Part shown: piece after piece, positions 36,282-49,702 of the stretch | How the letters are laid out: every line of letters starts with the position of its first letter | Position numbering within the stretch: the stretch's first letter is position 1 | Assembly (NCBI GenBank): GCA_002104905.1 | Contig: MCFE01000326.1 | Span: 1-64,000 of the forward strand | DNA length: 64,000 nucleotides | From: Basidiobolus meristosporus CBS 931.73 | Lineage: Eukaryota > Fungi > Basidiobolomycota | Direction: 5' to 3' | Notes under the pieces: generated by a model | Told to the model about the DNA's origin: nothing | The model's database searches: none | Seen by the model: the letters and a program-made list of their open reading frames with translations, nothing else | Program-made: the position numbers and the translations under genes

Positions 36282-39200
36282 AGCTGAAATATTGGACTGT
36301 TTGGTATCATTCATCATCTAAAAACTTACTTAACAGTTCTAGACTAGTCTTGGTCACTGCATTACTTATTTGCAGCTCCAACTTTGCCAGTTTTTTACAT
36401 CTAAGATCTTATAATTATCCCCCTTTAATGAGGATCAAGTTAACCCTTTCTACCAAACATTATATACTAACCCTGAAGCTGTTACAGAATGCACCTGAAT
36501 GTTAAGAAACCCACCTTACTTGGTGTTACAGCTGTATTACTTCAACAAAGGTATAAATACTAATCCTCTTTATGAATAAACAACATTTTAACCAATATCA
36601 CTGTATGTTGGTTAGTTCCTTTTATCCAAATCACTACTTAAATTGCAACAGGTTATGAGCTCCAATTGCCTTAACCTATTCTAAAGATGACTTCTACTAG
36701 CAAGCAGAACAATTCAAACATCTTACCTGTAATGGAGAGGTCTAATTAGAAGAACTACAGACTTTGGAGAATCAAGATGCAAGTCCACCTTAAGGAAAGA
36801 AAGCTTTGCAATATAGTAACAGGAAATGAAGTTGAGCCCAAAGGAACAGCAGAAGAAGTGGAGAAGTTTCAAGTATCAGTGTGCAAGATTCCTTCATTGG
36901 ACAAATCCTTGCTTCAAATACTGCAAAAGCAGCATGGGATTCCTTAGAGAAGATCTTTGGAGCAAAATCAGTATCAAGCAAGCTTTATCTAAAACAAAAG
37001 TTCTTCAACATCAGGAAGAAGCCAGATGATAACATGCCACAACTCATTACCAGATTGGAGGCCTCTGCAGAAGAACTTTACAGTATTAATGCTGGAGTAG
37101 AAGATGAAAAGAATATACACTCTCTGCTTTGCAGCCTACCAGACAAGTAGGAGCCACTCATACCTTCTTTCAAAATCAGAGAAGATAATTTGACTTTAGA
37201 CTATGTCAAATGAAGACTTCTCCATGAAGAACTCAGACATAATGCTCAAGCAGAAAAAATTGAATACATTGCTTCATTCAGCTCAGAGAGGCACACAGAA
37301 AAGAAGGGGAAGCAACAAAGCCAAAGAAAACCTGGTTGCTGTAGCTACTGTAAGAAGCCAGGACACTGGGCAAGAGAATGCAAGAAGAAACAAGTAAACA
37401 AAAAACAGAAAATAGAGCAGGCAAACCATATAACTACTGATGAACAGTTATTTAAAACTGTACAGGTGAGTGCAAGTAACCAAAGTAATGATTGGTATAT
37501 TGACTCTGGAGCATCACAGCATATTTGTAGTATAAAGGAGTGGATCAGCAACTCAAAGACTATTCCCATAAGAAAGGTTTATCTGGGAGACAACCCTGCA
37601 CTGGAAGCTACCGCCAATGGGTCTATACTACTAAATATGAGTGATATCTCAGGGGCTACAGCAGCTAAGCTGACTGACGTACTCTACATCCATGGAATAG
37701 CTAAGAACCTACCCCCAGTCAGTAAAGCAACTACTCAGGGACTGAAATTTGCTTTTACTAAGCTGAACTGCTCAATATTGAGTGAAAATGGACAAAAACT
37801 AGCTTTAGGGTTCAGAGTTTATATTATTTACAAGTTACAATGCCAGATCATTGTATCTAAGTATGCCTACATTGCTGAAACTGATGAAACTAACTGGAAG
37901 ATGTGGCATAGGAGGCAAAGACACATTGGGGAGTAGAAAATGAGCCAATTGATTCAAAATGAGCTTTTTTAGGCCTAAGTTACTCAATTCTGATCAAAAG
38001 GGTGTCTGTAATAGATGTTCATATGGCAAACAAGCTAGGCAATGCTTCAGGAGCTCAGGAGGCATCAACACCACCTAAATATTGACTATTGTACAATCAG
38101 ACATATGTGGGCCCAGGGGAACACTGTCCTTTGGAGTCAAGAGATACTTTATGATGTTTATTGATGACAAGACAAGATATTCATAGATGTACTTCCCCAA
38201 CATAAAGGATGAGACTTTAGAGACATTTAAACACTTCAAGAACATGGCTGAAAGACAAACTGGGTGTAAATTGAGCATACCTAAAAGTGACAATGGAGGG
38301 GAGTACTGGTCAAAGAAGTTTGCAAAGTACTACACATCTACTGGTATAATTCAGCACACCACTGTTCCACATATGCCACAGCAAAGTGGGGTAGCAGAAT
38401 GTGCAAATAGAGCAATAATAGAGACAGGAAGATCTATGCTAAATGAGAAGGGAATAGACCACTAATATTGGGCTGAGTCCATTGCTACTGTAGTATACAT
38501 CAAGAATAGATGGCCACCAATAGCACTACAGGATTCTACACCCTTTAAAAAGAATACAGGTTAAAACCCAGACCTCCAGCACCTCTGGATCTTTGGCAGT
38601 GATGTCTTTTATCACATCTCTGACAAAACATGCTCAAAGCTGGAACCAAAGAGTAGAAAAGGGATCTTTCTTGGTTATTGTGATGATACTAAAGGGTATT
38701 GAGTGTATAAAGGCTAAATTCAGTAGCTGATCTAGAGCAGGGACATTGTATCTGAGGAGAATTCAGATCAGAAGGTCACAGAAATCATTGGCCGGCTGCC
38801 TAATGATGCAATTAACTCTGATGATCAAGATATGTACTCAATTCTGCCACATACAGAAGATATTTCTGCCAGTTCCAGATCAGAGCAGATTACTCCAGTT
38901 GGGCAATCTATCAGGATAAGAAATGCCCCTGGATCCTGGTGGCAGACATCCAATGACCATGAAGAAGCTTATTTTGCCTAATGTGCAAAACCTCAGAATC
39001 TAGAACAGGCAATGAAAAGTCCCAATGCTACTATATGGCAACAAGTCTACAAGATCAAGATAACCGCAAAAGGATACCTTTACTCCAGCACCCCAGAAGG
39101 TCCAGGCTTTTTTCAAGGAATTATCAGACATATTTCCGGATGAGTTGTAAGCCTAGTACCAATCAGAGATGTGGATCATGCCATTGACACAGGAGATTGC

Positions 39201-40731
39201 TCTCCAGTGAGCAAGACACCTTACAGAATGAGTCCATTGGAATTGGAAGAGATGAAGAGAAAATAAATCAGTCATCGGAGAAAGGATATATCATACCAAG
39301 TAAGTCAACTCAGGGAGCACCAGTCATCATTATAAAACAGAAGGATGGAACACTTAGCATGATCATTGACTACATAGCCCTCAACTCAGTCACTGCAAAG
39401 AAGAAGTACCCCTTCAATTAGAATTAGACAAAATCAGATCACATCAGTAAGTCTGAGATGAGAGATCATGGAAAACTGAGCTATTTTCCTGGAATTGAAA
39501 TGAAATTTGAAACACCTACACAGAAAATTGTGCTGAATCAGTCTGAGTATTTCAGGGATAGTCTTAGATGCTTCAGAATGGATATTTGCAAACCTGTAAC
39601 TATCCCTATGAGCATTAATAAAAATTGAGCAAATTTCAGTCAGCTTTAGATGAAAATATCTCAAATATAGACCAAAACTATCCCTATCAATCATTGGTTG
39701 GTAACCTGATGTACATGATGGTGTCTACATGTCCAGATATTGCAGTGGCTGTTAGAATAGTCAGTCTACTCATGCAGAATTATCAGTCAGATCAAATCAC
39801 AGTAGTTAGGTGGATGTTAGGATATCTACAAGGTTCCTTAAGTATGGTACTGCAATACTCTGGAGCAGGTAATAGGCAAATATTTGATGATTATAGTGAT
39901 TCAGATTGGGGTAGGGATCTGACTGATGGATACTCTGCTATTAGGTATGTATTTCTTTATGCTGGCACAATTATTACTTGGAATTGCAAAAAACAATCAA
40001 GTGTAGCCCTATCTGCAACTCAAGCTGAATATATGGCTGCTTGCCAAGCAACTAAGGATGCTATATGGCTACAGAAATTATTCTAAGACTTGGGCTTTAA
40101 TTCAGGTGAGCTAAGATGTATATACAAAGATAATCACAGTTGTATTTCATCAGCTAGGAATCCTACTAATGATGCCAGAACTATGCACATAGATATAGGA
40201 CACCACTTTGTGAGGGAAGACATAGAAAATCACCTAATAGAGTTAGTTTGCTGTCCAACTGACAAAATGGTAACAGATATATTGACAAAACCACTAGTTA
40301 GACCACACCTTGAGAATATCAGAGAGGAATTAGGATTAAGAAACTATTTGGCTGAGGGGGAAGGTTGGAGTATTGGACTATTTGGTATCATTCAGCAGCT
40401 AAAAGCTCATTTAACAAATCTAGGTCAGTCTTGGTCATTGTAGAACTAATATGATGCCCTAACCTTGCTGGTTTCTTCAGATCCATGCTCCCATGATTAT
40501 TCCCCTATAGTCAAGATCATATTAACACTTATTACCAAATGTTATGTGCTAACCCTGAAACTGTTGCAGAAAGCTCCTGAATGTTGACAAACCTACCTTA
40601 TTAAGTGTCTAGGCTCTATTACTTCCACAAAGGTATAAAAACAGATCCTGTTTATGATAAACCACAGTTCAACTATAATGACTGTTTTTTGATAAGTCCC
40701 ATATAATCAAGTCACTTCTTGAATTTCAACA
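36282..40731 (+). mobile_element. Copia family B copy 2, two LTR-D (36282-36650, 40363-40731), RT partly replaced
   Basis: PBS GGTTATGAGCTCC; WYIDSGASQH; RNase H DYSDSDWG, KKQSSVALS, DILTKPL; PPT GCTGAGGGGGAA; no TSD. Confidence 0.9.
39080..39420 (+). pseudogene. Gypsy RT N-terminal fragment inside copia B RT
   Basis: HAIDTGDCSPVSKTPYRMSPLELEEMKR...GAPVIIIKQKDGTLSMIIDY. Confidence 0.8.
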
Positions 40732-43700
40732 GATACACTATCACCTCCTACATCTGCATGCTTTGAGTGGCTATTGTCTCCTTTTCACACTCCTTACTTC
40801 CTGACCCAACTGTTTCTCTTTCTTATTATGCTTACAATCTGTGATATTTTTGTTAAAACTTCAGCTGTGCCACAATTGCCAACTGTTTTGACCTCAACAA
40901 GTCCCTATACCCTATACTAGCATAAAGTCCAGCCTCAAACACAACAAGTAACTCCATTAAAATCCACTGCTTAAGAAGTATCTCTGCTGTGATGCTCTGT
41001 TTCCAAGACTTTGGTAAGAAATCAGCAGCTTTATGCCACTATTCATTCACTGGTTCCCATACAGCCTGGTTTTCACCCAGAACTGTAAGGTATATCCCCT
41101 CATCTGCCAGTTTTTGCAATTAATCATTGCAATAGCCAAGTGCTTTTTCTTGAGTACTGCTCTTGATAAGATTCAGTCTGTTAAAGGCTTACAGTGCTAT
41201 TTGCAAGAACTGCAGCTTTTTCTAGCACTACCCTGTCTCTGGAGTGTGTAGATGTTTCTCTCTTTTTCCTTTCTGTTATCTCTGTCAGGTCTTTCACTAC
41301 TGCTTTGTCTGAGTTCTTCTTGTATTGAACAATGTTTTCTCCTTCATATATACTGCACTGATGGTATGGTTTGGCCTGCTTGTCCTTTGCTGGCACTCTG
41401 CAGGCAACCAGATGCTTCTTTTCTGCTTGTTTCAAGCTCTCAGCCCATACTGTGGTGAGCACCTGAGGTAGCCACTTGTTTATATCACTGCTAGGTCCTT
41501 CACTACTATTTTGGCAAAGTGCTTTTTTAATATACTACACTTATTCCTTGGAAAATGCTGTGCTGAGGTATCTGTATATGCCTGCTTTTCCCATATTGCA
41601 CTCTTCCAGCTACCTGATGTATCTTTGAAACTTGTTTGGAGCTTTTGACCATGCTTATAACTGGCACTTGAGGAAGCCACTTGCTTTTAGCCATTGCACC
41701 CTTGTACTTTTGCCTTGGATAGTATCTGCTATTCTTGAGATATTTTGGTAGCATACTAATGCCGGCCCAAAATCTGTTTGCCTGTTTTTAATCCAGAACA
41801 ATGCAGATGGAGCAAGTCAAGTGCATTGTACTTGGCCTAGAGTTCCTGATGGTCCCATGGTATACCAGCCTTAAGGTTGTGGTGTGCTACACTTCTATTA
41901 GCATCTTGAATATTAGCCCACTCTTCATTATTGCACTCAGCAGCTTTGCAAATCTTTAATGTTTTTTGATTTTTAGGCTTAAGTACAAATACTTCATTTT
42001 CTCCATCCCTTGCTGTGATAAGTTTTTCTGTGGGATTTATCTTGTGTTGTCTTAGACTTTGGGCACTGTTGTTATATTTCAAAGACTGTATGATGTTTTT
42101 CTGCGCTTACATTGGAAATGGCTCAGTTCCTGGCTGTGATGTTCAACATCCTGAGTTCCTGCTTTCTCTGGGCCATTGCATCTATCCTATCAGCAACTGT
42201 ACCAATTTGCCTCATTAATGCTTTGGTATAGGCTAACAACATACTTCCTGATTCAGTTGGTGCTGATGTTATGATGGCCACTTGCTTGTCTTCAACTGAA
42301 GGGACTGCTATTGCTACATTATTATCTGCCTCAGCATTCTGGTTAGCTTGCGGCTCTGCAGAGATTCCTAATTGCCTACTTGACTGAGAGCCTAAGGAGT
42401 CAGCAGTATTTCCTTCAGTGGGGATACTGTCCTCAGGACCTTTTTGGTTGTAGCCCTACTTGTTGCACTGAGTTTCTTCGCCAGCTGCTGTCCAACCGTT
42501 CTTCTGCTGTTGTCAGTGGTAGAGTCTGGCTGAGAACCAGACAGCTCTGCTTTATTTTTTGGTGGCATACAAATGGAAGTGAGTCAAACCAAAGGGAAAT
42601 GGTGTCACATATTCATCTGTATGTGGTGCCTCAAATTTACTATAATGCTTACTTTGGTGGGTCATCACTGAATCTTATATTTATGTTGGTGCATTGTGAC
42701 AAATACAAGGCTGTCTTAAATTCACATGAGTATTGACAAAGTAGTGATATAATAGTGGTACATTGTTGAGTGTCAAACTGTTATACCCATGGTCAAGGTT
42801 ACTTTGATTCAACACCATACAACAGGAGAAAAAGACCATGTGGCTATGGTAGCAAGCCTTGCACCCTTGAAGCATGAAGACAGCATAGAAAAGTATCACA
42901 AGGGTCACAGCCAGTTTCTGCAACACAAGTCATATTTGACTATTCAGCAGCCACTACCATACCAACAATATCTTGCTGTCACATGATACTTCTAAGTGGT
43001 ACCCAGATGCACTTGCCCCCTTGCGCAAACTGAGTCAGGTGAGTTTGTGACACCTTTAAGCTCACCCCAGCCTTCTGAATATGGTACACAGAGCAATAGC
43101 TCTGAAGAAGCAGGATCACTGATGGACTGTGAGCCTATTGTCTCTACCAATAGTACCCTGCATGAGCCTGGCAAAATCCTGTTGTGCAATGAGACAACAC
43201 CTGCTAAAGAAAAATGCGAAGGATACTTTATGGAGTCAGGTGAGCCCAGTAATCCATCTATGGTGAATAATGTGATGTTGTGGCTTGAGAAGTTACATGT
43301 TCCTGTTAATATCTGTAATGGGGGCTTTGAGGATTTGCCACTACCTCTTGCTAAAATCATCCCAGGATGCAACTTACCATGCACATGGTTTAAATGGACA
43401 ACTGTTGTGCACTCCAGATATATTCCAGTAATACCAAGTCTAAACAAGCTCATGCAGTCTGACAAATATTGTGAAGCTATAAAGTCTCACACTCAGTATC
43501 AATCAAGTGCAAACATGTTGGACGCACTTGATGGCAAACATTACAAACAGCTAGGAAGCAAGGGCTAGTTTTAAGGTATGTATGACAATCCCTTTGCCTT
43601 GACACATAATAATTTCTTATTAAACAAGTACTCTACCAGTGGATCCTGCTGGCCACTAATTCTTATCAGCCTGAATCTGCCACCTATCTTATGGTATCTA

Positions 43701-45789
43701 AGCAGAAATATATTGGTAGTTTCAATGTTATCTGGGTCTAAGCCACTGTCTAACCTGGATAGCTAGCTGTATCCATTGCTGGATGAATTCTGTATGCTTT
43801 CTAGCAGGATAGCATTAAATGGCTGTCATGTCAATGTGCAAATTATTATTTGCATTGGAGATACCCAAGCCATCAGCAGCAATGCTTTTCTTGGCACAAT
43901 GGAAAGTATTGCTGTCACATATGTGAGGTCCAGGAGACTTACTCCATAACTCTCACACATTGTTGTTACCCAAACACCAACACCAAGCACATATCTTTCC
44001 ACAAAGAGAACATACCAATGTCAGCATGCAGTTGCAGCAAAGTTGGCAGGCTATAAGTCATTGCTTGGATTATGGTATTAATTGGAGATCAGAGATACCT
44101 AAGATAGAGGGTATCTGTAAGAACAAAAGCTTTCCACTGAGAGTAATGCATTTGCTTTTTAACAATATGCCTATGCTGCTAACCAAGTTGCTCAGGAGAC
44201 ATTTCAAACTAAATGAGCCCTTTCAGATACTGGAGAAATTTCAAAGAATTGCAAGATATCACACAGCATCCGCTACCTTAAGTGCCTCTTGTGGGCTTCA
44301 ATCAACATTCATATATGTATGCAACAATACAAGCGCAAGGACTAGATGAACTGGATACATATTTATTCAAGTGGCTTTCTGTAGCCATTTCTACATTGGA
44401 AGCATTGTGAATCACATGTGAACATTGTAGGAATATTCATCCATAAGCAGATCACCAATGTCAACTTGACACATCTACAGCATTTGTGCCAAGAGTTTGT
44501 GATGAGATTTGAGTGGCTCTACTACAAACTTAAAGCAGAATGCATAGATCTCTGCAGCAACTGTATCTATTTGCTACTCCATCTTGCTTAGTCTGTAAGA
44601 ATATGGGTCCTTGCTTCACCTTTTGGGATTTTCCTATGGAGCAGATATGGGGAGACAGGAAGACAAGTCAAGTTGCAGGTACTACTGTATCCCAATCTCA
44701 TCTAGAATACTACCTTCAAATCTGTGAGGGATGTGATGAGTTGGCAAATGGAGGACTACCAGGAAGAGTTGGAAATACTGAGGGCAGATGTTCACATGGA
44801 GGCACCTATGTATATGACATCAGAAGCTAAGCAGCCCCAATGCATGAGTATTCAGTTAAGTAATGCACTGTTGGGTTGAGTGCAACAAGCAACTAATTCA
44901 TATTAGGAAATTTCTACCAGACTATGCCAGGTTTCTCTTGGTCACAAGCCCATTTCTATACCATTCAGTAAGGAACTCACACAAACAAGAGCCAGAGTGC
45001 ACCTATAAGGGGGACTAGAATCCAACAGGAAGAAGGAATATATTGGCTAAATGCCAAGAGGTTGTTTGCGGATAATCAGGAGGTCTTCATGACAGAGGTG
45101 GCAGGAACCAAGCATATGTTTGCAAGATGTATATGTAACCAGCAATAAAAGGTATATGGCAATTTTGCAGGTATCACACTAAAAAGCTGTAAAGTGAAGG
45201 TGATAGCACTATATCCATTGCGGCAGGTGTACATGTTTGTGGAGGTTAGGAAGTAGGAGGTCATAGTATTTTTTGCCTTGAGCTATATGTGGAATACCCT
45301 AGGTAGTAGTGAGTAAACAAATAGGGGGGGTGATTCTACAGCGCAATATGTGAATTGCTCAAGGGGAGGTAGAAAAGGAAATACCATCTGGTAAATTAGT
45401 ATGGTAGCATTATACAGAATTAGCTGTAGGCTGTCACACCACTGATATAGTACTATCAGAGGCCTGTAAAGAGGCCATCTATAATCATTAGGTTTTTTCC
45501 CATTTAAGGCAATTAGATATACTGGCAGGTAAGAACAGCTCAAATAGCTCCAGAGCACACTGAGACCACAACAATGCCATGCCAGTTTTTGCAAAACACT
45601 GTACAAAAACTGTTATATATTTTAACTTTTTTTGACTTTAAATTAGTTGAGGGCCATTGTGATCCTGTTGCAAGATCATGTAGATGATCATTAATTCCAA
45701 GCTACTGGTACTATTGAGTTGTGCAGCAGGATCTTGACTGCTGATCTGCATTGTATCTACCTGTAGGACCAAATTATTTTTTCATAGGG
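40732..45789 (+). mobile_element. CACTA copy C (left ~200 bp missing)
   Basis: Collinear with B, with no LTR inserts; ORF2 on - strand (~41000-42480), transposase on + strand (~42790-45260); right TIR ...TTTTCATAGGG followed by TAC. Confidence 0.9.
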
Positions 45790-45792
45790 TAC

Positions 45793-46420
45793 TATTGAGC
45801 CTCACTTGGATTGTTCCCTCTTTGAATGGTTCAAGTGCTCTATTTTAAGCCATGAAAACAGCTTGAATAGAACTTCTTGATATTGAGCAAGAAGTTCTTG
45901 TTAGCATGCAAAGTGTTGAGATGCTCCAAAGTCAATATACCACTTCTTAGAATCATTTTTGTGGTCACACTAAGTGCAGATGTGGAAGGTATATTTGTTA
46001 GTTGCAACATTGCCTTGCTTGGGCCTTTTCTGCTGATCATCTCTTTTTCAAAGTGCCTGTCTGATGAGTGCTCTTTTCACTTAGGGTGGCTTAAAGAATG
46101 GCTGCTTCTGCCTTTACAGGGTCATGAGGACCTTGTCTGATAGCTTTTTTTGATAATTAAAGCATTTTTTCTTCCTGCTTGTTGGCACTTGATTTTTGTA
46201 ATTGCTCATCCTGGAGCATTCCATATATATTATTTAAGGCCAAATGTTCAGTTCTGGACTATATGGCTGATATAAGGCTCCAAAGCCTGCTCTAGGGCTA
46301 TTCAGGAGGGCCATTATCACATTTTCTGCAGCAATGAAGTGTATTCCATTACTCCATTACCTCAAAACCTTTGTTGCACTCATTTTGTTATTTTGCCATT
46401 TTGCCATTGAACCGCTCAAC
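45793..46420 (-). pseudogene. Copia gag-protease fragment (diverged)
   Basis: Reverse complement gives WYIDFGASQHFAC*QELLAQYQE, homologous to 5500-5670. Confidence 0.75.
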
Positions 46421-47399
46421 TAAAATATCAAGATTTTCCAATATTGAAGGACAGTAGCTCAGGAGCCTGACCATCATTCCATCCAAGATTACTATGACAT
46501 ACAGAACATGCAGTAGCCAGCACATGTTGCAGATTACCACTCACACAAAGTGGTGCTTTAGGAGTTATATTTACAAAAGTGCAATAACCATACATATTAG
46601 CTCACTATTACTAGGTTATAATGGCAACCTTGATTGTATGTAATTCTTGATCTAGGCAATAGAGTCATTCATTACCTAATAGATTCTGCACCTATATTTT
46701 CTGCACCACTGGAAAATTTTTGCTTTATGTCATGTGTGTTGCTTGTGCAATTACCCAAAAACTTTGATCCTGCAGAATTCTCATATATGACTTTCCCAGC
46801 TGAAAAATAAAGAGAGAACCACTATTTCCAGAATCTTCACTACAACTATAAGTTTAAAGAGCCAATGCTTTACTTTAATCACTTGCAATATTAAGTAACA
46901 TGACTTTGATCTATAATACATCACCAAACAGACTGGAAAGCTCAAAAGAATCCAATCTAAGCTCTATAAGAGCACCACCACTTTGCTGCTGGAATAGTTG
47001 CTCTAAGAATCTCTTATACTCTAAAAATGCTCCTTTGGGGGCCCTTTGAAGCATCTCCTTTACTTAAAAGAAGCCCCATTAGGCACTTGTTTGGTGCAAA
47101 GTGTACTTTAGGGACCACTGTAAGAAGCCTCTTCACTCTAAGGATGCCCCTTGAGGCTTCTGTTTGGGTCTACAGACCCCTTTGGAGACCCATTCCCCCA
47201 TACCCCTTCAGCTTAAAGAGGTGGGCAAAGTTTCCAATTAAGGAGCTATATTCTTGGAAAGAAAAGTTGTTTGAAGTGGATAGATCCAATAGTTGACCAA
47301 TCATATATTTGAGCTTAAGACAGAGGATATTAGTGAAAGCCTCATTTTTATTAGTATTTCAAACTCCCAATAAACTATATTAGTTTTAACTCACAGGTA

Positions 47400-48285
47400 G
47401 TTAATTAATACTATTGATTAGGGTGTGTATCATGGGACAAGCACTAAACTAATTTGAATACAATACAATAATTCATTGTTATTGGTACACCTGCAGATTC
47501 CATCTTATCAAACAAGTTAATCATTATGTTGATTGAACTTTGATATCATTTCTTGGCAGCTTCTATGTAGTTAAGAGTATTTTGTCCATGATATATTATC
47601 AGCTGAACATGACTGGCAGGTGACTTCTAATGACTTTCAGTCATTCTTTGCTGTCTTGCCAATGAGTGTTGGATTAGCAATCTGTCTTTAATATTAAGAC
47701 ACATGTACTTAAAAGTACTTTGTACTATCTTCTGGTATCTTGAAGCTTCTTCTCTCACACTCTAATGTGGACATCTTTCTCCCATAAAAACATCCTCAAG
47801 CCCTCTTTTCTGCTGCATCATCTTCCTATTTCCCTTCCAGGCTTATCAGTTGGACCATACAGCATTTCAGCGGAGAGGAAAACTCCAGTAATTGCAGGGG
47901 TAGATAATGCATAGAGCAACAACTCAGAGCCCTTAACTTGCTGCAAGAGTCTTGGAGATATTGGAAGTAATTGGGAGGAGCAATAGATTATGTGGTTATG
48001 ATTTGATGATATATCAAATGTAAGAGTTATTGTATAGCTTTACATGGTTTTAGCAAGACAAGCTCAAAGGATATGCTTAGAAAGGTCTCAAGAGCATGCT
48101 TGCAGAGTTAGGGGCTGTTTGGACAACTTTGAAAAATCACATGTTCTAGGTACCTGATATTGTAGCAAGATATTCAAAGCATAACCTGACTAGATATTTG
48201 CTCAGTATTCCCTATAGTGTATAGGTGATGATCTAAGTGACTAAGCAAGGTAGGCGTTCAGGTTGAGTTGCAAATATTTACAACA
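47400..48285 (-). mobile_element. Old copia A-like 5' end (LTR 47939-48285, degenerate PBS and gag)
   Basis: LTR-A similarity ending CAACA; decayed PBS next to the LTR; degraded gag to the left. Confidence 0.7.
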
Positions 48286-48289
48286 ATCT

Positions 48290-48824
48290 GGCATTAACTG
48301 CAGCTTTTTTCTTGCCCTTCATGGTTTCTGGCTTGCATCCATTTCTGGTTATTCATCCTTCACCAGCACTCCTCTGGCTATCTAATATTTCTTTGCCACT
48401 TGTTTTATGCTCTCAGCCATGCTTGTGATAGGTGCTTGATGCAGCTAGATTTATCACTGCCAGGTCCTTCACTACTGCTTCAATGCCTCATGAATAATTT
48501 AGTCATTATCATAGGGATTGTTGAAGAGTAAATGCTTTGCTCCCAGTGGAAAGCTTGTGTGCCACAAGATTCCCTCTATCTTTTGTATCTCCATTTTTTG
48601 GGTAATTCCATACTCTGGCAAATAGCTGGTAGCTTGTCAACTTTGCTGCAATTGCATACTGACTTCTGTATATGCTCTCTATGAGAAGATGAAAATTTTA
48701 ATGTTGGTGTTTATTTGATAACAGTGTGTGTTAGTTATGCAATAAATACCCCAGAAATCAAACATTCAACAGCAATACCATCCATTGTGCCTAGAAAAGC
48801 AGTTATTTAGCTAATAGCTGGCGT
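48290..48824 (-). pseudogene. CACTA fragments (ORF2 scrap and inverted transposase segment)
   Basis: 48530-48820 is the reverse complement of the GHNG...FPLGAMH transposase segment. Confidence 0.7.
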
Positions 48825-49632
48825 TGTGGTAGGGTAAACATACCTCCCACAGACAAGTTTATTCTTATAGTCATTATGATATACCTATCCTTATTTTATC
48901 TTATCAGTATTATCCGATTCTTCTTTTGCCCATATTATCAGTATTATCCCCTTATGAAGTTTACCCTAATTAGTTATTAGCATTAGTTATCCCAGATGTT
49001 ATTCAGCTTTGTGATCAGTAGATGTATCTATATAAGGCAAGTACCCGCGTCAGTACCCGTGACACATGACCTAGGTCTGTGTTACCATCCCTACCATTTC
49101 AATACCATATATGGTATTTCTATGTTGCACAGGTTTCAAACTACTGATTCCTGATTGGTTGAGAGTGCTGTGCCTTTTAGAACCTTCCAGGACATTCTTG
49201 GCATATTTTTAGCTCATAGTGATGTCATCAAGAATTCCACTGATACCTAGAATCTTCTAGAACCTTGTCATTAGTAATCACTTGGCAATCAGGAAAAGTA
49301 TTTAAGGGAAAGCAATCCCTCACCAATAAATCATCCCTTCTATCAGTAACACTTCTACCTTATTGATTAGCAGTTGATCACTGCACCTGCCTTCAACAGT
49401 ACATCTCAGACCTGACATCAAGGAGCTTTTCAGGGTAGTGCACAAGACACACAGAGGCCTTTGGAGACACTTGGAGCACCTAGGAAGCTAGAGAAGCAGG
49501 AGCTTTTACCATAGAGACATATTGACAAAGACACCAGCAGTTTAGACACAGAGGTTATTGCACCCATCAGACACCTCACACACCTTGAGTTGTGTAGCTT
49601 CTCCCAGGAGTACCTCTACACCACCACATATT

Positions 49633-49650
49633 TGGCACCCAACATGGGGG
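49633..49650 (+). promoter_or_regulatory. PBS for tRNA-Lys(CUU)
   Basis: TGGCACCCAACATGGGGG vs canonical Lys1,2 PBS TGGCGCCCAACGTGGGGC; two of the three differences are CpG>CpA. Confidence 0.8.
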
Positions 49651-49702
49651 GTTTGACTGAACTGCCCCTAGAAGACTTAAGAAAGAACAAATTATCAAGA
49701 CC

